Source of the DNA: an uncultured Candidatus Saccharibacteria bacterium
GTDB lineage: Bacteria > Patescibacteriota > Minisyncoccia > Phycocordibacterales > JACOZG01
NCBI GenBank assembly: GCA_964361825.1
Contig: CAYICB010000001.1
Coordinates: 30,644-94,643, forward strand
Direction of reading: 5' to 3'
DNA: 64,000 nt
The notes beneath the pieces were generated by a model. It saw nothing but the letters and a program-made list of their open reading frames with translations. It was not told where the DNA came from and ran no database searches. The translations under genes and the position numbers were made by a program. Positions 44,544 through 53,652 of the stretch are shown one piece after another; position 1 is the stretch's first letter, and each line of letters begins with the position of its first letter.

Positions 44544-46820
44544 TTATTTTTTGTCCTCTTTTTTCTCCCCCTCATCTTTTTTGTCTTCTTTCTTGTCCTC
44601 ATCTTTGTCGAGATTGAGTTCTCGGGCCATGCGATTTACTACTGTGAATGCACTATCCAATTCTTTTTCTTCATCAGGTGAGAGAGTGCCCGCTTTTTCT
44701 TTTGATTCAAGACGGCGAACAGTTTCCATTGCCTTGTCGAATTTCTTTTCGTTGCTCTTTTTTCTGGCGTCTTTATCAACCGATTTTTGTCGGTTTTTTT
44801 CAATCTCTTCCTGTTGGCTGGCCGATAATCTAGATTTGAATTCTTCCACAACCTTGCTAAGATGCCGATATTCTTTTTCGGCTACGCCTTTTGTTTTCTC
44901 GTCTTTTGGTGCCTTGGTTCGCGCCTCTTCTAGCTTCATCATTTCAAATACTGCTTTACGATACTTTCTCATGCTTGATTCGTTTTCTGTTTTTAGACGA
45001 TCGGTTTCAGGTGTATTGGCATACCAATTAAGAATGTCAGTATGTTTGCGGGTAGCGTCTTGAATTTCTTGCCACAACTGATCTTGAGTTTTAATCCCTG
45101 TTTGGGCCTTGTTGAGTGCGGCCTCCATTTTTGCTTGATTTACAGCTCCAAGTTGGCGATATGCTTGTTGTTGAATATAGTTACCTAATAATGGTTTTAC
45201 TCCCAAGAAGCCTTTGCCAGCAGCTTCGATGTATTTTGCTTTAGATTCCTCGGTCTTCAGTTCTTTGGGTGGTTTGGACATTTTTTCTGTTACTTCCTTA
45301 AAACTTTCTTTGCCACCAAACATGGCCTTTGTTCCCTTTTCGGCCAAGGGTTTAAACAAGTTGGCTAAACGAGGACTGGTAGTCATCATGCGGGTAATCC
45401 AGCCACCTTTATCATCCTTGTTTCGTGTTTCTTCTGCGCGAATTGCTTCTGCGCTCCAGCGACCAATGGTGGCACGGCCAATTGCAGATGGAACATAAAT
45501 TCCAGCCCCTTTTGCTGCTCCGATTCCCCAATCCTTCATTTTTTTCCCATACCCCACTACGGTGTTGGCGCCGAAGGCGCTAAGTTTAACCGCTGCAATT
45601 AGCGAGCCGATCATTAGGCCAACCACAATGGCAAAATTGAAGATGAGACCGAGCCAGTTGCTCTCTTTGTTTTCTGATAATCGCTTAATGATTCCCGTGT
45701 CGAGGATGGTGATTGAGGAATAGATGAACAATATATATATTGGAGCAAAGAATGATTGGTTCAGGAGTTTGTCCCACCAATCTTTAAAGTATTTTTCCAT
45801 GTTAGGCATAGCCCGTGCGAGGAAAGCCAGAGGAGAGATTACAATCAAAAAGACTAAGTAAACCGAACGAATAAGCAAGAGAACTGCCCCGGCTAAAAGC
45901 GTAAAACTAATAACTAAGCCAAGAACCACATTGCCGAAAATCCTAATCAAGACTTCTATTGGACTACCGTCCTTAAGGGTAAACATCTCTGTAGTAAAAT
46001 CAGAGTTTCGGAGAAAAGTTCCGGCTACCCCCTTTTGGGCTATGGGTTCATAAAGCTGGGCCGCGGCGATATTGGCCACATCAATTACGGCACGGGCCAA
46101 AAAGGCACTAAAATTGATAAACAGAGCACTAATAATTACAGTGATAATAATCCTTTCTTTATTATTGACCTTAAGATCAAGAATGAAGGCGGCGGCCACA
46201 TAGAGAAGAATAAAAATAAAGAACAGGTTGGCAAAATCTCGCAAAGTAGACCACGCTAGAGTTACTCCCGGGTCATTTACAAAGGTTCCAATTTTTTTAA
46301 CCCCAAAATCCAAAGAATAACCAAAAACCCCACCGGCAACTTTTACAATCCCGGCGGTAATTAGTGTCAACACTTCTCCAATAATGCCGAGGATTAAGTG
46401 AAAACCTCGTGTCACACAGGCCGTAAGATTTGTTAGACCACAGTTGTCTTCGTCTTCTGACGCACTTTTGATATCCTCATCTAGGGTTTTACCGTCATTT
46501 TTTGTTTTACTTGTTAGACTAGCAAGTTCGGCTTCTAGTTCCGACCGTCTTTCGTTAGAAAGGGTTGATGGCAACGCGTTGAGCTGTCTTTCAATGTCTT
46601 CTTTGCGATGTATGTCTCGCCAAATAGCCTTTTCCCTTTTATATAAAACGTTATATTCATCCTCAGTAATTTCTCCCTGGTTAAATTTTTCTGTCAGTAT
46701 GTTCAAGGCCTCACTTTCGGTTGATTGAGAAAAGGTTTGTTTAATATCAAATACTGGAAAAATCGAAATTATTATAACCAAAAGTATTCCTAGGGTTATT
46801 TTTTTCCAGTTTTTCATCAT
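44544..46820 (-). CDS. VirB6/TrbL-like polytopic membrane protein
   Basis: W..LRDFANLFFIFILL, LFINFS, R.VYL.FL...SPLAF, WW.KL....F.AP; charged C-terminal tail. Confidence 0.7.
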   Translation of the reverse strand: MMKNWKKITLGILLVIIISIFPVFDIKQTFSQSTESEALNILTEKFNQGEITEDEYNVLYKREKAIWRDIHRKEDIERQLNALPSTLSNERRSELEAELASLTSKTKNDGKTLDEDIKSASEDEDNCGLTNLTACVTRGFHLILGIIGEVLTLITAGIVKVAGGVFGYSLDFGVKKIGTFVNDPGVTLAWSTLRDFANLFFIFILLYVAAAFILDLKVNNKERIIITVIISALFINFSAFLARAVIDVANIAAAQLYEPIAQKGVAGTFLRNSDFTTEMFTLKDGSPIEVLIRIFGNVVLGLVISFTLLAGAVLLLIRSVYLVFLIVISPLAFLARAMPNMEKYFKDWWDKLLNQSFFAPIYILFIYSSITILDTGIIKRLSENKESNWLGLIFNFAIVVGLMIGSLIAAVKLSAFGANTVVGYGKKMKDWGIGAAKGAGIYVPSAIGRATIGRWSAEAIRAEETRNKDDKGGWITRMMTTSPRLANLFKPLAEKGTKAMFGGKESFKEVTEKMSKPPKELKTEESKAKYIEAAGKGFLGVKPLLGNYIQQQAYRQLGAVNQAKMEAALNKAQTGIKTQDQLWQEIQDATRKHTDILNWYANTPETDRLKTENESSMRKYRKAVFEMMKLEEARTKAPKDEKTKGVAEKEYRHLSKVVEEFKSRLSASQQEEIEKNRQKSVDKDARKKSNEKKFDKAMETVRRLESKEKAGTLSPDEEKELDSAFTVVNRMARELNLDKDEDKKEDKKDEGEKKEDKK

Positions 46821-49800
46821 CGTGTGATTGTGATTTCTCGGGTGATTTCTTGATTATTGCCCGCTAAGCACTTGATGCCATAAGCGAGTTTAGGAGTCAC
46901 GGAGATAAAGGCGGAGGTATTGGTGGTGCCGTAGATAAAGTCATACCGCCGCAGGGCTCGACCCAGTTCCGAGTCGGCGGTTTTGGTGGCCTCAATTTTA
47001 TCACGCAAGAGCTCGACAATTTTAGCCTTGGTGCGCTCGGGGTTAGTATTTTCGCCACCGGCGAGCAAAGTGGTATCACCTCCTAGGCCACCAAAGGTAA
47101 TTTGATAACTAGCATCCTCGCTAAGACTGCCGCTTGGGGTATAGGTCCAGCGCTCGGCCAAGAGATTGGGTAGCGCGGTTTTAAGCGAGAAGAGGAGGTC
47201 GGTATCCTCATTTACTAAGCGCTCAATCTTTAGGCTGGCGGTGAGGGGGTGAGCAATGGTGTGACTTCCATTTAGTTCTACCTCATCACCCTTGGCCACT
47301 AGCACCTCATTTACCGAGAGCCAATCATTATTAGCCTGGCAATAATTCGCATTGGCGGAGTTCCAAGCCAGATTAGAGAGATTTGGTGTTCCCCCACTTA
47401 CTGCCGCGAGGTTGGGAGTATTGAAGCCAAATTCGAGGCCAATTCTTGCCAAGACTGGGCCCGTAATTGGATTGTCGATCAAATCATCTAAACCAACAGT
47501 ATTTAAGGTGTTGAAGCTCGTATTATCGTAGTAATTATAGGTTCCCGAGCTCAAATTTGGTGGAGTGCGGGGTGTTGTGGGATCATCGCTAGTAATTGGG
47601 ATCGCGCCGCCAAGCGAGGGCGGTAAATTATTTCTCGACACAGGTAAATTACTGTCAAAAGCTTGCCGGGGTTGCGGGTCAGAGAGGCGGGGGCAAGGTC
47701 CAGTGCCCGGGCAAGGATTCGGAGTCTGGAAAACACTTTTATAATCACCGGGGCTGGCAATCGCGGCGCCTAGATTAGCGGTTTTCTGGATAGAATTATT
47801 GAGATCAAATTTGGCGGCATCCTCTTTTAGCCCCTTAGCATTAAGGGTTTGATCTACGGGCAAGGTGGCCAATTTGCTAGCTTGGTCGCGGATCACTGAG
47901 GGCGGAGTGGTAATGGTCCAACCATCGCAAGTCCAAGTGCCATTGGGGAGCTGAATTTTATTTGCCTCCGGGCAGGTTCTGGTGCCCAAATTACCATCAC
48001 CCCAAGCGGCTTGTTGCATAATGCTTCCGGCGGCGGCACTTCTTTCTTCGGCCACAATTCGATCTAATTCCACCGCCGCGAGTAGGGGGTTAAGCCCTTT
48101 GTGAGCCATAAAGTTATAATTTGCTTCCGGGTCGAAGGCGCTTTTGCCATCCAGACTCCCGGTTTCTTTAAAGTTTTTTATTTGTTCTGGGGTATAAGGT
48201 GAGGCGAAGATATTTTGATTTTGTTCTGCATCTCTGGCGGCTAAGGCTTGGCTCAAAGCGGGGTAAAGCGCCGGATTCTCGGCCACCGAGTTTCTAAATT
48301 TTTGGACCACGGCCGCCTCTCGTTCGTCTGCTGCCTCGGCCGCCAGCTTTTCGGGGTCAGAAACAATCAAGGGTTGAGTGTTTTCTTCTCCAAGGGTCGG
48401 TACGCTGGTGGTAAAAGAGGAGGTTTCGAGACCGGTTTGCAGGAGATCGGCCATTTGATCTTGCCAAATTGCTAAAGCGCGACCCGATTCCATAATCGCA
48501 TTGGGATCATTAACGAAGGTTTTTTCTTCCATCACAAAGAGCATTCTTCTTACCGCCTTCACATGGGTACAGGCTTGGAGCTCAAGTAAGACCAGTTTTT
48601 CCATCATCGCTTTAATTTCGGCCGTGTTTTTAACAATTTCTCCGGTATTTTTTTGCGTTCCTTGACTAACAGAAAGGAGAGATCCAGCCTCATTAACTGG
48701 CACGGTTAAGGCACCAGCGCCGCCAAGGCCAAAGCGATTCATCACTTCTTCCATGGCGCGTTTGGTGAGGTCGGTAACAATAGCTTGAGCCATGGGATTG
48801 CCCTCAAACATTGAGCCGGCCAAACCACCAATGACCCCCACGGCACTACCAGCCAAACCTTTAGCCAAATTACTAGAAAAATTGGTTAAACCAGCGGCGG
48901 CGCCATTCTTAGCAACATTATTGGTAATCACATTTTCGGTCACAGCTGGTGCGGCCGCAGTTACCTCTTGACCAGTGGTTTCGGCAAAGAAGGCCGATTC
49001 GTCTAAGGCTGGCGTGGGAGTATTGGGGTCAATATTATTAACATAGGCATCGTAATGGATTTCTCCCGGTCCGCGGATGGCATCATTGGGAATAATACGG
49101 ATATCATTGGCTTCGGAAACCTTCACTTGATTTGGCAGGAGTGGGCCATAGGTATCATCCGCCACCACCTCTACTCTAGGTGGAGGGAAAACGGCATCGT
49201 GTAAAGAGAAGCCAACTTTGTTGATTCCATCAGCGATAAAATTACCGGCGGCGAAAGCATTATTGGTAACACCCGCGGCAAAGGGGTAAAGAGTGGCGCC
49301 CACGGTGTCATCAATACTTTTGGCGATGCTATCTCCCACATGGTCAATAATAATGGTGGTGGGAGTAGTGATGGCGGCGATGGCCACATTTAGCTGGAGA
49401 TCAACGGCATTTACAATCGGGTTAAGAAATTGCTCATCCATGGTATTGATGGCCTTCTCCACCGCTCCGAGTGGTCCCACTAGATGGTCCATCGCCTTAT
49501 CGATTGAGTTTTCTAGAGAATTATTGATTGGTTTTTCGATGGCATTCGCAATGGCGTCGGCCAGCTTAGAGATATTTTTGGGATCAGTCATTGACTGCTC
49601 CAGTTGGAAAGCAAAACCATTAACCAACTCATCGGTGATTGCCTCTCTATTGGTTGTTAAGTAGGCGGCCCATTTGAAAAACTCAATTGTTTCTTCGGCT
49701 TGCGCTTTTAAATTCTCAATCATCCCTAAGATTTCCTCGCCAGTTTCTGGGAGAGAGGCTAGACCGAGAACCGTGCCGATGATCTGATTTAGAAAATCAG

Positions 49801-50713
49801 GTACGAAGGGAATATTGGCCGAAGAGAAAGATAGCCCCACATTTTGAATTGAGGCCTTAATCCCATCAATCGTGGCCCTGAAGGTAGCCACCAAGGTTTC
49901 CACCTGATCCACTGCCATTTGGGGGATTTCTAGTAAAACGGTGTTTATCTCGGCTCTATAGTAGGTTTCGATGGTAGGTTTAGCGATTTCGTGGAAGTTT
50001 AACTTTAGATTCTCTTGGAGATTATCTCGCAAGCCATGATTAACTGATTCGGAAACCTTCTTTTTGATAAATTCTTCATTTAAAACGCGGGGCCATGACT
50101 CTCTGACGGAATCGGTTACTAATTGACGAAATTGACCACGATCCCTAAGCATTTCTTCGGTCACTCCTTGCTCGCGGAAGGCTTGGAGCTTTTCGGCCAA
50201 GGTTTTTGGTACTTCTTCTTTAAGCCTTTCGGTCATACCAGTCTGGATTCCCTGACGCAAATGCCCCTCGATTGCCGGGGCCGCGCTAGTGGTTACAGCA
50301 TTAACCGTTTTTGGCATCACTTCCATTCCCACCGCTTCATTAATAAGGTTTTTAATCGGTTTTTTGAAGGCGGTTTCTGCCACTGCTTGACCATAGGTGG
50401 CTGGTTTTTTGCCCTTCACCTCTATTTCGCACTGTTTTTGATCCTCTTCGCGCCAAGCGCCCAAAATTTCTTGAGCGCTTGAGGAGTCACCGGCTTTTTG
50501 GGGTGGACGAAGCAAGTTTTTGGTGTCCAGTTCGCCGATATTTGGGGTGGGGGTAGTTTGTCCCAAAACTGAAGCCCGAGTGCGTAGTCCACCTGAATTA
50601 GGTAAACCAGCAAATTGGGCTGAAGCGCTAAGCGGAGAGAGCAAGTTGGCGGTAAGCAGGCTTAAAATTAAGCCTCGAACCAAGTAGTTTTTTGTTTGAG
50701 GATTTAATTTCAT
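46817..50713 (-). CDS. Large secreted hypothetical protein (1298 aa)
   Basis: Signal peptide ending ASAQ; long helical regions; C-terminal WG.G..C...TPP and Ig-like segments. Confidence 0.75.
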   Translation of the reverse strand: MKLNPQTKNYLVRGLILSLLTANLLSPLSASAQFAGLPNSGGLRTRASVLGQTTPTPNIGELDTKNLLRPPQKAGDSSSAQEILGAWREEDQKQCEIEVKGKKPATYGQAVAETAFKKPIKNLINEAVGMEVMPKTVNAVTTSAAPAIEGHLRQGIQTGMTERLKEEVPKTLAEKLQAFREQGVTEEMLRDRGQFRQLVTDSVRESWPRVLNEEFIKKKVSESVNHGLRDNLQENLKLNFHEIAKPTIETYYRAEINTVLLEIPQMAVDQVETLVATFRATIDGIKASIQNVGLSFSSANIPFVPDFLNQIIGTVLGLASLPETGEEILGMIENLKAQAEETIEFFKWAAYLTTNREAITDELVNGFAFQLEQSMTDPKNISKLADAIANAIEKPINNSLENSIDKAMDHLVGPLGAVEKAINTMDEQFLNPIVNAVDLQLNVAIAAITTPTTIIIDHVGDSIAKSIDDTVGATLYPFAAGVTNNAFAAGNFIADGINKVGFSLHDAVFPPPRVEVVADDTYGPLLPNQVKVSEANDIRIIPNDAIRGPGEIHYDAYVNNIDPNTPTPALDESAFFAETTGQEVTAAAPAVTENVITNNVAKNGAAAGLTNFSSNLAKGLAGSAVGVIGGLAGSMFEGNPMAQAIVTDLTKRAMEEVMNRFGLGGAGALTVPVNEAGSLLSVSQGTQKNTGEIVKNTAEIKAMMEKLVLLELQACTHVKAVRRMLFVMEEKTFVNDPNAIMESGRALAIWQDQMADLLQTGLETSSFTTSVPTLGEENTQPLIVSDPEKLAAEAADEREAAVVQKFRNSVAENPALYPALSQALAARDAEQNQNIFASPYTPEQIKNFKETGSLDGKSAFDPEANYNFMAHKGLNPLLAAVELDRIVAEERSAAAGSIMQQAAWGDGNLGTRTCPEANKIQLPNGTWTCDGWTITTPPSVIRDQASKLATLPVDQTLNAKGLKEDAAKFDLNNSIQKTANLGAAIASPGDYKSVFQTPNPCPGTGPCPRLSDPQPRQAFDSNLPVSRNNLPPSLGGAIPITSDDPTTPRTPPNLSSGTYNYYDNTSFNTLNTVGLDDLIDNPITGPVLARIGLEFGFNTPNLAAVSGGTPNLSNLAWNSANANYCQANNDWLSVNEVLVAKGDEVELNGSHTIAHPLTASLKIERLVNEDTDLLFSLKTALPNLLAERWTYTPSGSLSEDASYQITFGGLGGDTTLLAGGENTNPERTKAKIVELLRDKIEATKTADSELGRALRRYDFIYGTTNTSAFISVTPKLAYGIKCLAGNNQEITREITITR

Positions 50714-51573
50714 AAGCCTAAAGAGAGATTGGCCCCTTCGTTTTCATTAAACACCAGACCATTGGCCATCAAAAAGAAGTTTAAATTATTGATGGCCGTA
50801 AAAAATCCTTCTAATTTTGTGGGGTGGAGTTCGGCGGCGGCCAAGGCAATGGCAGGTTCACTTTCTATTTGGGCCATAAGCAGAGAGTTTTGCGTTAGGT
50901 TGGTGATGGCATTTACCAAATTAAGATGATTTTGGGCGGCGGTTTGAGGAATGGCGAGGTTGAGTAGAGTCTGTGAGGTGTTTTTGTAAGCCGTAACGCG
51001 CTCTTCTAGTTTAGTTAAAGTTTGATTTTCGCCGTTTTCAATGAAGTTTAGAGCCAGAACAAGCTCATTTTCTTCGCCGGTTGGCCAAGATTGACGCATA
51101 ATCTCGGCTACTTCTAAGCCGTAAGCTCTAATTTGTGGTTGGGTGGCGGAAGAAAGGAGGTGTAAATCACTAATTTGGTAGGTAGTTTGTTTGGGCCAAA
51201 AAACCTCGGAGTTGATTAATGGGGCTTCTCTGTTTTGCGAAGCCTCATGAACTTGGGCTAAAAGCTTGGCATTAACTTCTAGCGGCTGATTGGTTGATTG
51301 GCTCGGATCTCGTCCTAAGCTCACTTCGGCCCCATCTGCCACCCCGTCACCATCGGAATCTGGTTTATTAGGATTAGTGCCCCAGAGGGTTTCTTCCCAG
51401 TCTGCCAATTTGTCTTGATCTTGATCGGTGGGTTTAAATTTAGCGAGGGGCGGAACTTTTTTGGTCATCAGGAAATTGTTTTCTAGTTTTGGCGCGGAGC
51501 GGCCACCAATAAACCACAGCGACCAAACACTGATCACTACCATTAGCCCTAGCCCCACCACGAGCTTCTTCAT
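50710..51573 (-). CDS. Membrane-anchored protein with TSP3-like Ca-binding repeats
   Basis: DQDQDKLADWEE.LWGTNP.KPDSDGDG..DG.E. Confidence 0.75.
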   Translation of the reverse strand: MKKLVVGLGLMVVISVWSLWFIGGRSAPKLENNFLMTKKVPPLAKFKPTDQDQDKLADWEETLWGTNPNKPDSDGDGVADGAEVSLGRDPSQSTNQPLEVNAKLLAQVHEASQNREAPLINSEVFWPKQTTYQISDLHLLSSATQPQIRAYGLEVAEIMRQSWPTGEENELVLALNFIENGENQTLTKLEERVTAYKNTSQTLLNLAIPQTAAQNHLNLVNAITNLTQNSLLMAQIESEPAIALAAAELHPTKLEGFFTAINNLNFFLMANGLVFNENEGANLSLGL

Positions 51574-51605
51574 TTGGCTTAAATTATATTACATTTCTTG
51601 TTAAG

Positions 51606-52073
51606 ATGGGAGCAATGTTATCAACCTTACTGTTGATTAGTCAGTTGCTCGAGCAAATTAAGGCTAAAGAGACCATTTATCCCTCGATTTTTGATCGAGT
51701 AAAAGCCGATCGCGAGATCAGGGAGAAGCTTGTGGTTCAAGAATCAGTCCTTACGCCACCTGTAATTATTGAAGTGACGCCCAAAAAAGGGGGGGCTGGC
51801 ACCGGAATTACCTTGCGGGGGCAAAATTTTGCTAAAGATAACCTTGTTTATACTGGTTTTGGCACAGTGAAGGCCAAATCTGTTGACGGGAAAACCCTTA
51901 AATTCAAATTGCCAAAACCACCCTTTTGGTCTTCTGCCCAAAATCAAGCGGCGGTAACAGAGTATTGGCGAAAGACTTACCCCAATGGCAAGGTGAGTAT
52001 CCCTTTGGGTTTTTACCTTAAAAATGACCTTGGCCAAAGCGTGGCTCCCGGAACCTTTACCTTTGAATTTTAA
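51606..52073 (+). CDS. IPT/TIG domain protein
   Basis: PVIIEVTP..G..G..ITLRGQNF. Confidence 0.65.
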   Translation: MGAMLSTLLLISQLLEQIKAKETIYPSIFDRVKADREIREKLVVQESVLTPPVIIEVTPKKGGAGTGITLRGQNFAKDNLVYTGFGTVKAKSVDGKTLKFKLPKPPFWSSAQNQAAVTEYWRKTYPNGKVSIPLGFYLKNDLGQSVAPGTFTFEF

Positions 52074-52076
52074 ATC

Positions 52077-52433
52077 ATGAATAAAATCACCATTTTTTCT
52101 TTATTTCTGGCGGCGGGATTAATTTGGGCCGCTTGGCTTTACCGTCCACCGGCAGTAGAAGCGATCGGTTTTTTGCCGATTGGGGGGAAAATTGTGAATG
52201 TGACCCCGTGTTGCAACGGTTTAATGTTGACCTTAGCTGGTCCGCGCCCCGGTAATTATATGTATTATTATCAAACCTCCATTCTTTTGCCTTATTTCAA
52301 CATTTTTGTTCCCGGACCATCAGTGCTGGGTCGGGGTTTGCCCGGTGGAGTGTGTCAACCAATAGCCACTGCCTGTATTACTTCGATCCCCACGGTGGGG
52401 TCTTTTGTTAGCGTGGGGACTTCTAGTTTTTAA
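52077..52433 (+). CDS. Small Cys-containing secreted/membrane protein
   Basis: N-terminal TM; PIGGKI..V.PCC.G, LG..PGGVC, VGTS. Confidence 0.6.
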   Translation: MNKITIFSLFLAAGLIWAAWLYRPPAVEAIGFLPIGGKIVNVTPCCNGLMLTLAGPRPGNYMYYYQTSILLPYFNIFVPGPSVLGRGLPGGVCQPIATACITSIPTVGSFVSVGTSSF

Positions 52434-52839
52434 CCTGATCGCCGATTTTTAGATTGTTTTTTTCCGAGAAACCGGCATTTACTTCTAAGACATATTTCAC
52501 CGGCGAGGGTGGAAAGAAAAGTTGCGGATAAGTTTCGGGGGCGAGATTTTTTTCGATGCCGATAATTTTCCAATTTTCGTCGAGCCAAATAATGTCGATT
52601 GGGAAGAACATATCTTTCATCCAAAAATTTGGGGTAGTGACGGTGGGGAAAATAAAAAGTAAGCCAGTGTCTTGGGCGAGGTTTGTTCTGTCAGACAAAC
52701 CTTGAGTTCTTTCTATTTCAGTATCGGCGATTTCGATTTGAATAATTTTTCCGCCAATTTCTAATTGTGGTAGTGAAACCTTGGGTGCGGGGTTAATAAA
52801 ACCAAGAGCGATTAAGATCGTGAGAAAAAATTGTTTCAT
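52423..52839 (-). CDS. DUF192 family protein
   Basis: EIADT..ER.QGLS.R, GLLFIF, FWMKDM.FPIDIIW, YVLEVNAG. Confidence 0.92.
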   Translation of the reverse strand: MKQFFLTILIALGFINPAPKVSLPQLEIGGKIIQIEIADTEIERTQGLSDRTNLAQDTGLLFIFPTVTTPNFWMKDMFFPIDIIWLDENWKIIGIEKNLAPETYPQLFFPPSPVKYVLEVNAGFSEKNNLKIGDQVKN

Positions 52840-53612
52840 AAACTTTTAGCGAGTTTAAGCCAATCTGCTAATTTCAAATCTTCGGCGCGGGCTTTCCGCC
52901 AGTCGGATGGGATTAGAGCGGCGACATCCTTGCCCAAATTATTTTGTAATAGTTTGCGTTTGTGAGCAAAACCTTTTTTCAGTAAGGCAAAAAATTTCCC
53001 TTCGTCAATTCCTGTGAGTTTTTCTCGATCAATATTTTCGATCAAGAGAATTGCCGAATCAACGGCCGGTGCGGGTGAGAAACTCCCCGCTTTGACCGTG
53101 CCGAGCATTTTCGGCTCGCCAAAAAGTTTTACACTTAGTGATAATAAACTTTCTTTTCCATCTCTGGCAACGATGCGTTCCACCACTTCTTTTTGTAAAA
53201 GTAAGACCATCAAACTTGGTTGAGGAACTCGTCCCAACCAGAGGCGCAAAAATTCGCCGGTGAGGTAGTAGGGCAAGTTTGCGATCACTTTGTAGGGCTG
53301 ATTTGCTAAGCCGAGCGCGGTGGGTGAAACAGTGAGAATGTCAGCAGAAAAAATTTCTAGTTTTTTTCCGCCAGCTGGCGGATTTATTTCTCCCGCAAAT
53401 TTTTCTTGCAAAATTTTTACCAAGTTTTCGTCTTTCTCGACGGCGATTACTTTACCCGCTCGAGCGAGCAAGAGCGCGGTAAGGTTCCCGGTGCCCGGGC
53501 CCACCTCGAGCACGGTGTCGCTCGCCGAAAGGTTGCCAGCTGCGGCAATTTTCTCGAGCACACCCTTGTTGGTGAGCCAGTGTTGACCTAAAGATTTTTT
53601 TGCACGGATCAT
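52836..53612 (-). CDS. rsmA: 16S rRNA dimethyladenosine methyltransferase
   Basis: KKSLGQHWL, VLEVGPG.G.LT, ANLPY, F.PAP.VDS; start ATG 53612. Confidence 0.96.
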   Translation of the reverse strand: MIRAKKSLGQHWLTNKGVLEKIAAAGNLSASDTVLEVGPGTGNLTALLLARAGKVIAVEKDENLVKILQEKFAGEINPPAGGKKLEIFSADILTVSPTALGLANQPYKVIANLPYYLTGEFLRLWLGRVPQPSLMVLLLQKEVVERIVARDGKESLLSLSVKLFGEPKMLGTVKAGSFSPAPAVDSAILLIENIDREKLTGIDEGKFFALLKKGFAHKRKLLQNNLGKDVAALIPSDWRKARAEDLKLADWLKLAKSL

Positions 53613-53652
53613 GTGTGAAACATTGTAAAATAAGGCTAAAATGTGAAACAAA

